Origin: a bacterium
GTDB taxonomy: Bacteria > Cyanobacteriota > Vampirovibrionia > LMEP-6097
Direction of reading: 5' to 3'
Length of the DNA stretch: 64,000 nucleotides
Assembly (NCBI GenBank): GCA_038146805.1
Contig: JAYQSH010000007.1
Span: 32,379-96,378, forward strand
The translations under genes were made by a program, and so were the position numbers. Positions 38,909-48,610 of this stretch are shown piece by piece (position 1 is the first letter of the stretch; every line of letters begins with the position of its first letter). The notes beneath the pieces are model-generated. The model had not been told where the DNA came from. It was given only the letters and a program-made list of their open reading frames with translations, and searched no databases.

Positions 38909-39899
38909 CAATCTTTGGATCAAAATAGTCTCTTAAAGTATCACCTATGATATTAAAAGAAAACACTGATGCAAAAATCAATAGTGCTGGTGTCCATAAA
39001 AGCCAGGGGCGAGTGAGGATATTGCTGAGTTCTTTGCCCTCTGCTAAAATATTTCCCCAACTTGGGTCAGGTTGATTTATGCCTAAGCCCAAAAAACTTA
39101 AGGCTGTTTCACCAATGATAAAGCCGGGTACCGATAAAGTTGCCGCGATTATAACAAAGCTAAAAGTATGTGGTAGTAAGTGTTTGAGGATTATAGAAAT
39201 TTCTTTTAAACCAATTGTTTTTGCTGATTCTATAAATTCTTTTTCTTTAATCGCTAAAACTTGACCGCGTATTATTCGCGCAAGTGAAGCCCAAGAAATA
39301 AATGAAAGTATAAAAGTTATCAAGGCAAATCTTTGAAAATTGCTCAGGCTTGCTGGTAAAAGTGCAGAGAGAATGATCAATAAATAAAAACTAGGCAAGG
39401 ACATTATTGCTTCTGCTAAGCGCATCATTAAATTATCTATCCATGATCCAAAAAACCCTGAGATAGCTCCATACAAAAGCCCTAAAGGAAAAGCAATTAT
39501 TAAAGAAATAAAGCCGATAGTCAAGCTCGGTCTTGCTCCATACAAAATTCTAGAGAATAAATCTCTGCCAAGACTATCTGTTCCAAGTAAAAAGAAATTA
39601 TTGTCTTTATTAATATGTAAAATTTTATTGTTTTTAAAAAACTCTAGATAGAATTTTTTTTCTTTGTTTTCAATGTTGATTTTTTGTAGTTTTTTAGGGT
39701 CTACTTTTTGGTCAATTTGATAGCTATATAAACCTCCTTGGTCGATATAAATTTTGCTTGGCGCGCTGTAGCCAAATTTGCTATGCAATTCATTTGCAGG
39801 ATAGGGAGCAATCAAATCTGCAAAAAAACAGAGACTGTAAATAAGTGCTAAAAAAAGCAGAGAAAATAGATTTAGTTTATTTTTTAATAACTTTTGCAT
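38898..39899 (-). CDS. ABC transporter permease, OppC/DppC type
   Basis: 333 aa, six TM segments, conserved permease loop region (ESAKTIGLKEISIILKHLLPH). No other ABC components adjacent. Confidence 0.8.
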   Translation of the reverse strand: MQKLLKNKLNLFSLLFLALIYSLCFFADLIAPYPANELHSKFGYSAPSKIYIDQGGLYSYQIDQKVDPKKLQKINIENKEKKFYLEFFKNNKILHINKDNNFFLLGTDSLGRDLFSRILYGARPSLTIGFISLIIAFPLGLLYGAISGFFGSWIDNLMMRLAEAIMSLPSFYLLIILSALLPASLSNFQRFALITFILSFISWASLARIIRGQVLAIKEKEFIESAKTIGLKEISIILKHLLPHTFSFVIIAATLSVPGFIIGETALSFLGLGINQPDPSWGNILAEGKELSNILTRPWLLWTPALLIFASVFSFNIIGDTLRDYFDPKIAKS

Positions 39900-39927
39900 A
39901 AATTCATACTACTGCTAGTATTTTATT

Positions 39928-40272
39928 ATGCTTTTAAGAAAATTATTTACTTTAAGCTTTATTTGTATTGTATGTGCTTCGTGTGCATTGTTTCATGAAG
40001 ATATGAAAATTGTAAATGAAGCTCTTGCAAAAAAAGATTTCTCGTCTGCAATAATTGAGCTTGATGATATGCAAAGCTCTTATGCAAAAAAACTAAATTC
40101 AAAAGTTCATGTTGATTTTGCTCTCTCAATTTTAAAAGATTTAACACAAGAAGCAAACTTAAGGTATTTGACTGCAAAAGATCTGTTAGAAAAAGCAGTT
40201 AGCCTAGACCCTAAAAATAAAGATGCTAGGGTATACTATTTGATGGTTTTAAAGTTGATAAAAAATGACTGA
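39928..40272 (+). CDS. small probable lipoprotein with TPR-like helix pair
   Basis: Signal sequence ending IVCASC (lipobox-like). 114 aa. Confidence 0.4.
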   Translation: MLLRKLFTLSFICIVCASCALFHEDMKIVNEALAKKDFSSAIIELDDMQSSYAKKLNSKVHVDFALSILKDLTQEANLRYLTAKDLLEKAVSLDPKNKDARVYYLMVLKLIKND

Positions 40273-40891
40273 AATAAATTATTTAAACTTATTAATCACA
40301 ATTTTAGTGATTTATTTAATTGCCGCAATTCCTTTTGGTTATTACATTGGATTAATGCATGGTGTAGATTTAAGTAAAACTGGTAGCGGCAGTACTGGAG
40401 CTACAAATGTAATGCGTAATGTGGGTAAATGGCAGGCATTACTTGTTCTTATTCTTGATGCTTTAAAAGGTTTTGTACCAATTTTCTATTTGAAGAATTT
40501 CAGCACTTACCTTAGCGCTGATGCAAATATTTTTCTTGCTATGTTTTTACTTTTTTTGCCTCTTTTTGCTCATACAAAAAGCGTTTATATCGGCTTTAAA
40601 GGCGGTAAGTCATCTGCTACTTCGTTGGGTGTACTTTTTGCAATTAACTGGATTATTGGTTTAGTAATTATAAGTACTTGGGCAGTTACTGTGACCCTTT
40701 CTGGTATTTCGTCTTTGGGATCTATTGTATCGGGACCTTTGGTACCTGTTTTGATGTGGATTTTTAAAGAAGACGCTTTATATCGTTATTTTGGGATTAT
40801 TGCTTTTATTTTTATTGTTTTTGTGAAGCACAGATCTAATATTTTTAGATTAATTCGTGGAGAAGAATATAATTTTAAAGATAAACATTAG
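40265..40891 (+). CDS. plsY: glycerol-3-phosphate acyltransferase PlsY
   Basis: GSGSTGATNVMR motif, polytopic, 208 aa. Confidence 0.85.
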   Translation: MTEINYLNLLITILVIYLIAAIPFGYYIGLMHGVDLSKTGSGSTGATNVMRNVGKWQALLVLILDALKGFVPIFYLKNFSTYLSADANIFLAMFLLFLPLFAHTKSVYIGFKGGKSSATSLGVLFAINWIIGLVIISTWAVTVTLSGISSLGSIVSGPLVPVLMWIFKEDALYRYFGIIAFIFIVFVKHRSNIFRLIRGEEYNFKDKH

Positions 40892-40939
40892 AGTTTCTAC
40901 AGTTTCCACTTAGCGCAGCATCTGTGCTAAGTTAAATAG

Positions 40940-40980
40940 GACACTTCGGACCGTGTTATTTTTGTCTCATTTCTTAATTT
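40940..40980 (+). repeat. 41-nt conserved intergenic motif, copy A
   Basis: GACACTTCGGACCGTGTTA-(TTTT)-TGTCTCATTTCTTA-(A)-TTG. The same motif occurs at 56312..56352 with only the bracketed bases differing. Confidence 0.5.
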
Positions 40981-41012
40981 GGGTATATTTGTTTCACTTT
41001 TTCAATTCTTAA

Positions 41013-41244
41013 GGGACTGATTCCAAACCCCATTTTGAATTTTAAAATACAGTGAAATGTTAAAATCACTAGCAAATGGGGTCAGAAATCAGTCCCACAA
41101 ACGACCTTACGCTTAGCTTGTTTCACTGCGTGAAACTCACTAAGCGACGGTGTTTGATTCTTTTGTTAGGCGTATCTAACCAAACCCTACTTATGCCCAA
41201 ATCTAAAGACTCGAGATACTTATTACGGGTTTGGAAGCACGCCC
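41013..41244 (+). mobile_element. 232-bp MITE-like element, copy 2
   Basis: Same element as 24010..24241. Flanked by direct CTTAA at 41008-41012 and 41245-41249. The interior folds into several long hairpins (GGGACTGATT/AATCAGTCCC, CCCCATTTG/CAAATGGGG, CGCTTAG..GTTTCAC-TGC-GTGAAAC..CTAAGCG, CCAAACCC/GGGTTTGG). Confidence 0.8.
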
Positions 41245-41320
41245 CTTAAATATAGATTTTATTGCGCCTCAAAACTTCGTTTTTCAGCGAATCCTTAATA
41301 AATAGTTTATAATTTTATTA

Positions 41321-41884
41321 GTGTTAATTTTAGATGATCAAAACAAAAAATCATTAAGGTCTCGAGTAAAACAAGAGCAGCGCTCTTTGTTTAGTGATCA
41401 AAGTGATTTTTATGATAGACAAAATAAGCTTATTTCTTTAATTGAAATGAGTGATTTTTTTAAAAATGCAAAAACAATTTTGACATATTATCCTTTAGAA
41501 GGAGAATTTGATTTAACTTCTTTAATTATTGCAAATCCCAATAAGCGTTGGGCTATTCCAAGACCTATTGGTGAAGGTGTAATGCTTTGTTTTGAAACAG
41601 ATGAGCTCTATAACCTCTTAAGTCTTAAAAACGGTTTAAAAGTGCCTATAGCAACTTCTAATTTGATTCAGCCTAGTGAATTTGATTTGATTTTAATTCC
41701 TGCTTTGGCTTTTGATAAAAATGGCTATCGTTTAGGTAGAGGTGGAGGATATTACGATAGGTTTTTAACTAGGATATCATCTAAAGCTAAGACTGTTGGT
41801 GTAATTGCTAAAGAACTTTATTTTGAAAATTTACCCTCTTTAGAAAGTCACGATAAAGCTGTTGATAAAGTTATTGTTGTTTAA
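41321..41884 (+). CDS. 5-formyltetrahydrofolate cyclo-ligase
   Basis: LIPALAFDKNGYRLGRGGGYYDRFL signature. 187 aa, GTG start. Confidence 0.8.
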   Translation: MLILDDQNKKSLRSRVKQEQRSLFSDQSDFYDRQNKLISLIEMSDFFKNAKTILTYYPLEGEFDLTSLIIANPNKRWAIPRPIGEGVMLCFETDELYNLLSLKNGLKVPIATSNLIQPSEFDLILIPALAFDKNGYRLGRGGGYYDRFLTRISSKAKTVGVIAKELYFENLPSLESHDKAVDKVIVV

Positions 41885-41900
41885 TTATCTGTTTGATTTC

Positions 41901-42723
41901 TTAAAAAGCTTCTGACATTACGTCATATAATTTTTGATCTGCTTCAATATCAAGCCAATGTTGTATTGCATAGATTGCCTGCCAAATTAACATATCTTTG
42001 CCGTTAATTGTTTGTAAGCCAATCTCTCTAGCTTCTTGTAATAGTCTTGTATCAGAATAAATTAAATCATATATAAAAGAATTTTTTTCGAGACTTGAAA
42101 GTAATTCTTGGCTTAATGGTGTTTCATGACTTAATCTTCCTTGTCCGATTGGAGTGCAGTTGATGACAAGGTTATAGGGCTTTAAATCAATGTCATTACG
42201 CAGTGTCTTAATTTCAAGATTAACCAATGAACTATTTTCAAAGTCTTGTTCTACTTTAATTGGATTTCTCGCATAGATATCAATTTGTTTTATACCTATA
42301 TCTCGTAGTGCATATATTAAAGCCTTAGCTGCTCCTCCTGCTCCGATTAGAGTCGGTTTAATTTCTTTGATATTTGGAATTGGTTTTAAAGATTCAAGAA
42401 AGCCAAAATAATCGGTATTAAATCCAGTAATTCCCATTTCATTGACATGAACTGTATTTGCCGCACCAATTTTTTTTTACAAGTTCATTTGATCTATTAA
42501 GATACTTTAGAATTTTTTCTTTGTAGGGAATTGTAATATTTAATCCATTAACTTGTTGTAAAAGTTCAATTATTTCTCTTTCAAAATTATTCTTTTCAAT
42601 TTCATAATTTTCATAAATTGCATTTACTTTTAAATATTCAAAAGCTGCATTTTGAATATTGATTGATTTGCTATGAGACAAAGAACTGCCGATTAATCCA
42701 AATTTTAGTTCTTGTGTCTGCAT
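41901..42723 (-). pseudogene. aroE: shikimate dehydrogenase, interrupted at a homopolymer (94 aa + 178 aa ORFs)
   Basis: N-part: GLIGSSLSHSKSINIQNAAF, NITIPYKE. C-part: GFNTDYFGF, IGAGGAAKA. Shifting frame inside the A9 run (T9 at 42470-42478 on the + strand) restores ...LVKK-IGAANTVHVNEMGITGFNTD, the canonical AroE block. Confidence 0.8.
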
Positions 42724-42739
42724 TAATTTAATTATTCCA

Positions 42740-45700
42740 CTAAACTCTTGCTAAGGCTTCTTCAAATTCTTTTTTATAATCTTGTATAGACTTAACTTTA
42801 AAGTTTTCACTTTTCAAGGTTTGCAGGGCTTGTACAGTAGCTAAAGCCCCAGTGACTGTTGTTATTACTGGTATATTTTTTTCTTGAGCAATTTTTGTTA
42901 TAACTGTACTGTCTTCATAGGCTTGTTTTCCTGATGGCACATTAAAAATTAAACTTATTTCGTTGTTTTTGAGCATATCTGTAATATTTGGTCTGCCTTC
43001 TTTGACTTTGTTAGTTTTTTCTATTGTTATATTTTGTTCTTCTAATACACTTGCTGTTCCACTTGTTGCAACAATACTGTAGTTTTGCGCAATCAGTTGT
43101 TTGGCAATTTCAATGGCATGTTCTTTGTCATCATTTCTAAAACTCAAAAATACCTTTCCTGATTTTGGAAGATTTAAACCAGCTCCAATCTGTGCTTTTG
43201 CAAAAGCATGTGCAAAGTTATCACTGATACCCATAACTTCTCCTGTGCTTTTCATTTCTGGACCAAGAAACACACTAGAACCATCAAATTTATTAAAAGA
43301 AAAAACTGCTTCTTTGACTGAGATTTGGTTTTGGTTGCGCTTGTTAATAATTTCTCTAAAGTCTTTGATTTTTGCACCAGCCATAATCAAAGCTGCAAGT
43401 TCAGCCCAAGCTATGCCATTTGCTTTTGAAATAAAAGGAACACTTCGACTTGCTCTTGGGTTTACTTCCAATATAAAAAGTTCTTCGTCTTTTACAGCAA
43501 ACTGAATATTCATTAATCCTTTTACTTCTAGGGCTAATGCGAGTTTTTTTGTTGCTGATTTTATTTGTGCATTAATTTCTGCTGAAAGTCCTTGAGCGGG
43601 ATATACACAAGCTGAATCACCGCTATGAACTCCTGCATATTCAACGTGCTCCATAATACCAGCAAGTACACATTCTTCGCCGTCTGCAATAGCGTCTACA
43701 TCTACTTCAACAGCTGCATCTAAAAACTTATCTATTAAGATTGGAAATTGATCTCGCTCAACAAGAACTCTAGCAAGCCAGTTTTTGAGTTCTTCGTCGT
43801 TGTTGACAATATCCATGCCTCTACCACCAAGTACATAGCTCGGTCTGATAACAACTGGGTAGCCAATATCATTTGCTTTTATTTTTGTTTCTTCTATTGT
43901 GTTTGCAATAGCATTTTGAGTTTGTTTGAGATTCAAAGCCTTTAGTAATTTTCCAAAGCTATCTCTATCTTCTGCTAGATCGATTTTTTCAGGTAAGGTA
44001 CCAATTATAGTTACACCATGATCTTCTAATGCCTTACAAATATTAAGTGGTGTTTGTCCGCCAAGCTGAATAATTACACCCTTGATACTGTTGCCGTTCA
44101 ACTTTTCACGATGATAAATCTCTAAAACATCTTCTACTGTTATTGGCTCAAAATATAATTTATCGCTTGAATCAAAATCGGTAGAAACCGTTTCTGGATT
44201 ATTGTTAATCATAATGGTTTCAAATCCAGCCCTAGATAAAGCTTGAGCCGCTTTTACGCAACAATAATCAAACTCAATTCCTTGTCCAATTCTGTTAGGT
44301 CCACCGCCTAAGATGATAATCTTTTCTTTTGCAGAATATTCTGTTTCGTCTTCTTCTTCATAACTTGAATAAAAATATGGTGTATGAGAAACAAACTCAC
44401 CAGCACAAGTATCAATTTTTTTGTAAACAGGAATGATTTTTTGCTTATGTCTAAATTCAAATATTTCTTTTTTGCTTACTTTATACTCAACACTAATAAT
44501 TGTGGCTAATTGTTTATCAGAGAAGCCCATCTTTTTAAGTTTTAAAAGAGTCTCAGTATCGAGTATACGAGAAAGAATTTTTTCTTTGCTTAGTTTGTTT
44601 ATATTGCCCGAAGCAGTTGCTCTTGAAGTTTCTCTTTGTACTTTTTCTTGTAGAGCAATTGTTTCAAGAACTATTTCTTTTAGGTGTGCTAGAAACCATT
44701 TATCTATTTTGGTTTTTACAAAAACTTCTTCTATACTTGCTCCTAAGTACATTGCACAAAATATTTGACTTAATCTTTGTGAGTTTGGAGTATTGATTTT
44801 TTTTAGATATTCATTTCGAAGTTCAACTACATCTTGTTGTTGCTCATAATCTTTACCAATCTTCCTGACAATTTCTTTATCAAAAAAACCTATTGGTCCT
44901 TTACTCTCAAGGCTTCTAAGTGCCTTTTGAAAACTTTCTTTGAAACTTCTACCAATAGCCATAGTCTCGCCTACAGACTTCATTTGTGTGTTTAATATGT
45001 CTTTGGTTTCTGGGAATTTTTCAAATGCAAATCTTGGGATTTTTGTGACAACGTAGTCTATACTTGGCTCGAAACTTGCCATTGTTTTTTTTGTAATGTC
45101 ATTAGGGATTTCATTAAGTGTATATCCTACTGAAAGTTTTGCGGCGATTTTTGCAATAGGAAATCCTGTAGCTTTAGAGGCAAGTGCACTTGATCTAGAT
45201 ACTCTTGGGTTCATTTCAATGATAATAATTTCGCCAGTATCAGGGTTTAAAGCAAATTGAACATTACTACCACCTGTTTCAACACCAACTGCTCGTATGA
45301 TTTTGATGGCAGCATTTCTTAAAGCCTGAAACTCTTTATCTGAGATTGTTTGAGTTGGTGCAACTGTGATGCTGTCACCAGTATGTACGCCCATAGGATC
45401 TAGGTTTTCAATGGTACAAATGATCACTACATTGTCTTTGAGGTCACGCATAACTTCAAATTCAATTTCTTTCCAACCTAAAACAGATTGTTCAACTAAT
45501 ATTTGTTTAACAGGACTTGCATTTAATCCTTTAACTGCAATGTTTTGTAATTCTTCTTGGTTATAAGCTATGCCACCACCATAACCTCCAAGTGTAAATG
45601 CCGGACGGATTATGATAGGGAAGCCTATTTTGTCTGCTATGTCTATTGCTTCTGCAAGTGTGGTTGCAATTTCTGATCTTGGTGATTTTAAGCCAATAGA

Positions 45701-46111
45701 ACTCATTAAGTTCTTAAATTTTTCTCTATCTTCTGCAACTTCGATAGCGTCTAATTTTGCACCAATTAATTCAACATTGTACTCTTCTAAAAAACCATCT
45801 TTAGCAAGGCTCACAGCGATGTTTAAGCTTGTTTGACCGCCCATTGTAGGTAAAAGTGCGCAAGGTCTTTCTTTGCGAATTACTTCTTTTACATATTCTG
45901 GAGTGATAGGCTCAATATAGGTTTGATCAGCAGATTCAGGATCTGTCATGATGGTAGCTGGGTTTGAGTTGATAAGTATAACTTCATATCCCTCTTCTCT
46001 AAGAGCTTTACAAGCTTGAGTTCCAGAATAATCAAATTCACATGCTTGACCTATGATAATAGGCCCAGCACCAACGATTAAAATTTTTTTCAGGTCAGTT
46101 CTTTTTGGCAC
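42740..46111 (-). CDS. carB: carbamoyl-phosphate synthase large subunit
   Basis: 1123 aa with two ATP-grasp halves ([17 protein letters not shown] / [16 protein letters not shown]) and an MGS-like C-terminus. GTG start. Confidence 0.95.
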   Translation of the reverse strand: MPKRTDLKKILIVGAGPIIIGQACEFDYSGTQACKALREEGYEVILINSNPATIMTDPESADQTYIEPITPEYVKEVIRKERPCALLPTMGGQTSLNIAVSLAKDGFLEEYNVELIGAKLDAIEVAEDREKFKNLMSSIGLKSPRSEIATTLAEAIDIADKIGFPIIIRPAFTLGGYGGGIAYNQEELQNIAVKGLNASPVKQILVEQSVLGWKEIEFEVMRDLKDNVVIICTIENLDPMGVHTGDSITVAPTQTISDKEFQALRNAAIKIIRAVGVETGGSNVQFALNPDTGEIIIIEMNPRVSRSSALASKATGFPIAKIAAKLSVGYTLNEIPNDITKKTMASFEPSIDYVVTKIPRFAFEKFPETKDILNTQMKSVGETMAIGRSFKESFQKALRSLESKGPIGFFDKEIVRKIGKDYEQQQDVVELRNEYLKKINTPNSQRLSQIFCAMYLGASIEEVFVKTKIDKWFLAHLKEIVLETIALQEKVQRETSRATASGNINKLSKEKILSRILDTETLLKLKKMGFSDKQLATIISVEYKVSKKEIFEFRHKQKIIPVYKKIDTCAGEFVSHTPYFYSSYEEEDETEYSAKEKIIILGGGPNRIGQGIEFDYCCVKAAQALSRAGFETIMINNNPETVSTDFDSSDKLYFEPITVEDVLEIYHREKLNGNSIKGVIIQLGGQTPLNICKALEDHGVTIIGTLPEKIDLAEDRDSFGKLLKALNLKQTQNAIANTIEETKIKANDIGYPVVIRPSYVLGGRGMDIVNNDEELKNWLARVLVERDQFPILIDKFLDAAVEVDVDAIADGEECVLAGIMEHVEYAGVHSGDSACVYPAQGLSAEINAQIKSATKKLALALEVKGLMNIQFAVKDEELFILEVNPRASRSVPFISKANGIAWAELAALIMAGAKIKDFREIINKRNQNQISVKEAVFSFNKFDGSSVFLGPEMKSTGEVMGISDNFAHAFAKAQIGAGLNLPKSGKVFLSFRNDDKEHAIEIAKQLIAQNYSIVATSGTASVLEEQNITIEKTNKVKEGRPNITDMLKNNEISLIFNVPSGKQAYEDSTVITKIAQEKNIPVITTVTGALATVQALQTLKSENFKVKSIQDYKKEFEEALARV

Positions 46112-46177
46112 TGAAAAAAAATTTTATCAGTAAAGTACAAAAATTGATATTAAAAATATTAAAAATATAAGCTTAGC

Positions 46178-46198
46178 TTGAACCGATAAGCGGTTCAA
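46178..46198. other. perfect 8-bp stem hairpin containing CCGATAAGC
   Basis: TTGAACCG-ATAAG-CGGTTCAA, 67 nt upstream of the carB start. Confidence 0.4.
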
Positions 46199-46500
46199 AA
46201 TTAATAAACTTGGGAGAAGTTCTTGTGTCAAATTATTCATGTACAAATCAAAGAAGTTAATTTTTATCCCTTTCCGATAAGCCATTTAACAATTAAAGAA
46301 TTATAGAATTTTAATTGCAATATAATTTAATACGGGTGTGCTCAGGATGATAAATTCTTATCTTGATGCGGTGAGGCTGTTTCTATTAATTTATTTGAAC
46401 ATTTAATAGCCTTATAAATAGTTCTTAATCGTTACTCTATAAAGACTTTATGATTCAATGAAAAATAAGTTTTCAGGCTAATTATGAACATAAATCATAA

Positions 46501-46676
46501 ACTGATGCTCTAAACTCCACCTGAATTTTATAAAAGCCTTTAAAACAAAGATATATTAAAAGTTTTTTGATACATACAGCGCTACGCTATAAATACAAAA
46601 TAAAATTGTCAAAAGTCTTTTAATTATATTGGTTTTTTGAAGATTTATATTTTCAGGTGGAGTTTAGAGCAGCAGT
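46501..46676. repeat. 176-bp element bounded by 25-bp inverted repeats (second MITE-like unit or structured RNA)
   Basis: ACTGATGCTCTAAACTCCACCTGAA (46501-46525) vs TTCAGGTGGAGTTTAGAGCAGCAGT (46652-46676), 24 of 25 complementary. AT-rich 126-bp interior. Single copy in this window. Confidence 0.5.
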
Positions 46677-46752
46677 TAATAAAACTTTATATGACTAAAA
46701 GTATCTATTAAAAGACAAAATCATGTTCTACACACGAGCTGAGTCTAATAAA

Positions 46753-46882
46753 GGGACTGATTCCAAACCCCATTTTGAATTTTAAAATACAGTGAAATGT
46801 TAAAATCACTAGCAAATGGGGTCAGAAATCAGTCCCACAAACGACCTTACGCTTAGCTTGTTTCACTGCGTGAAACTCACTA
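46753..46882 (+). mobile_element. MITE-like element, copy 3 (5' 130 bp only)
   Basis: Identical by eye to the first 130 nt of copy 2, then diverges after ...GTGAAACTCACTA. Confidence 0.75.
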
Positions 46883-47497
46883 TTTGCTATTGAGGTTTTT
46901 ATAAAATTCCCTTTCAGTAAAATTTTTAGTAATTAATTTAAAAAAACAAATACAAAAGCTAAAAAAATCAATTAAGATGAACCTAAATTACAAATTTAAA
47001 AAAACAAATACTTTAATCTTAAACTGATAAGTAAATTAAATAGGAAAGCCTAGTATAGTCTTTGCAATCTGGAGAAAATCATAAAGCTTTAACTGTTACT
47101 AGGCTTTGTACTAAAAATCATAAATATTAGATCGCTTAAAGTCAATTGCTGAGAGTCACTATTAATCCTTTTTTCGCAAATGTAAAAGTTAAAAGCTAAA
47201 GCAGCAATAAATAAACTTGATAAAACTAAAACTTGAATTTCACTCATACTTATATAATACCATACATTCATAAGACTATATCTAAAATATACTTAATTTT
47301 GTAAGATAGTCTATTTAGTCTAGGTGCAAGTCGACATAATTCTAAATTATCTTGAGTCGAAATCAAGGATTTAAGCCATTTTAATTTTCCTAAAATCAAA
47401 AATATCAAGTTATGTTAACTCCATAAGAGCTTTCCTGAAATGTCATAACAGATATTGTACAATTTTAATGCTCTGGTAAATACACAAAGCCAAAAAT

Positions 47498-48610
47498 ATG
47501 ACGACACAAATTGCAGAAAACATCTCTTCTGCTAGAGATGCTTATTCTAATAATACAACTGGCCAAGTTGAAAACATTGACTTGAGCTCAAATTCTGTCG
47601 CAAAAGAAACAATTGATAAAGCTAATATGCATCCTTTTGGAGATTTTGATAATGCTGAAATTCATAGCCCTATACAAATAAAAAAAGAAATAGAAAGATC
47701 TACTGATAAGCAAATTAATAGATCCAGGAGCCTTGGGCAATTATGGACAAAGGTAGACAACCTTAGTACTGCAGCAACGATATTGTCTAATGTAGGCGGA
47801 GCCTTTATGCAATTGTGTAATTTCCCTGATTCAGTAAAAAATTCATTTGCAAATATCATTAACAATATTTCTAATTTTAGTTTTATTCCGTACGGTCTTG
47901 ATGGGATGAAACGTGCCTTTCTAGAAAATAAAAACCCATACATGTTTCTAGGTTTTATGTTAGAGACATCAATGGTTTGGATGTCTGATTTAAAAAACAA
48001 ATACCTTATCAGGGGTGCTGCAACAGGTACAGATCAAATTTGGGTTGCAACAGAAAATAAACTTGAAGAAAAGGATCCTATTCGTTTCAAAAATGGTAAA
48101 TTTCAAACTTGGAAAGATGGTTTTATTGAAACGCCAAAAGCATGCATAGCAATGCTCAAGGATATAGTAAAAGATCCAATAAAAGTACTGACAACAATAG
48201 ACAAAGAGAAAGGTAGCAAAGGTTACTATGCACTTTTGAGTAGTATGGGTAGTATTGCATCCACTTTAGGCTACTTCTTAACGGGAAATGAAAAAATATT
48301 TGGCACGATGAGAGATATCTCAGGTGTTCTTTTTGATTGGGAAATGCTATTCCATAAAAAATTAATAGCTAAAGCTTCTGGTGCAATGTTTATTACAGAA
48401 AGTGTATTAGATTTTATGGCGAGGTTTATTAATCAAGATAACACAAGGCTTTTTGTTAATATGTTCTCACATGCTTTTGGCAGATTAGCATTGCAACTTT
48501 ACAAAGCTTCAAATTCAGACGATCAGCAAGATAATTTCCTCACTTCTGTTTTCTACAACTCTACACAAAATAAAAGAGTTAACAATAAAGCTACTTCACT
48601 TGCAGTGTAA
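47498..48610 (+). CDS. hypothetical protein
   Basis: 370-aa ORF with a polar N-terminus and several moderately hydrophobic segments. No family recognised. Confidence 0.55.
   Translation: MTTQIAENISSARDAYSNNTTGQVENIDLSSNSVAKETIDKANMHPFGDFDNAEIHSPIQIKKEIERSTDKQINRSRSLGQLWTKVDNLSTAATILSNVGGAFMQLCNFPDSVKNSFANIINNISNFSFIPYGLDGMKRAFLENKNPYMFLGFMLETSMVWMSDLKNKYLIRGAATGTDQIWVATENKLEEKDPIRFKNGKFQTWKDGFIETPKACIAMLKDIVKDPIKVLTTIDKEKGSKGYYALLSSMGSIASTLGYFLTGNEKIFGTMRDISGVLFDWEMLFHKKLIAKASGAMFITESVLDFMARFINQDNTRLFVNMFSHAFGRLALQLYKASNSDDQQDNFLTSVFYNSTQNKRVNNKATSLAV

Noticed and set aside
854-39264. Remaining short ORFs from the track embedded in larger genes (854..1042, 1496..1684, 3049..3276, 5008..5265, 7387..7596, 9383..9577, 17270..17464, 18834..19083, 21210..21751, 22259..22477, 23098..23313, 24706..25086, 25966..26178, 26713..27024, 28289..28564, 30675..31139, 34247..34516, 35241..35474, 37567..37773, 38224..38502, 39079..39264)
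   Set aside because: Each one overlaps a longer ORF with clear family motifs or better coding character. None has its own recognisable motif or start context.
40909-40931. Hairpin CTTAGCGCA-GCATC-TGTGCTAAG after plsY as an intrinsic terminator
   Set aside because: The stem is reasonable (9 bp with one G-U pair), but it is followed by TTAAATAGG rather than a U-tract. Not confident enough to annotate.
41120-41136. GTTTCACTGCGTGAAAC, which resembles a CRISPR repeat (GTTTC...GAAAC)
   Set aside because: It is a single palindrome inside the MITE. There is no array of regularly spaced repeats with unique spacers, and no cas genes.
41013-41244. MITE read as a tmRNA, retron msr-msd, IscB/TnpB omega-RNA or other dedicated ncRNA gene
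   Set aside because: The 5' end GGGACTGATT and the internal CAAACGAC...TACGCTTAGC superficially recall the E. coli ssrA start and tag region. However there is no T-arm or CCA-type 3' end, and no short tag ORF ending in Ala-Ala. The element is multi-copy with terminal inverted repeats and 5-bp target duplications. No reverse transcriptase, IscB or TnpB gene is adjacent.
43101-45836. Five + strand ORFs (61-134 aa) inside carB
   Set aside because: They are antisense to a highly conserved 1123-aa gene. These are typical shadow ORFs.
47089-47271. 60-aa hydrophobic minus-strand ORF in the long non-coding region
   Set aside because: I see no convincing RBS. It sits at the minimum length of the ORF track in AT-rich DNA, and I could not check conservation. 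Left unannotated, though a small membrane protein cannot be excluded.
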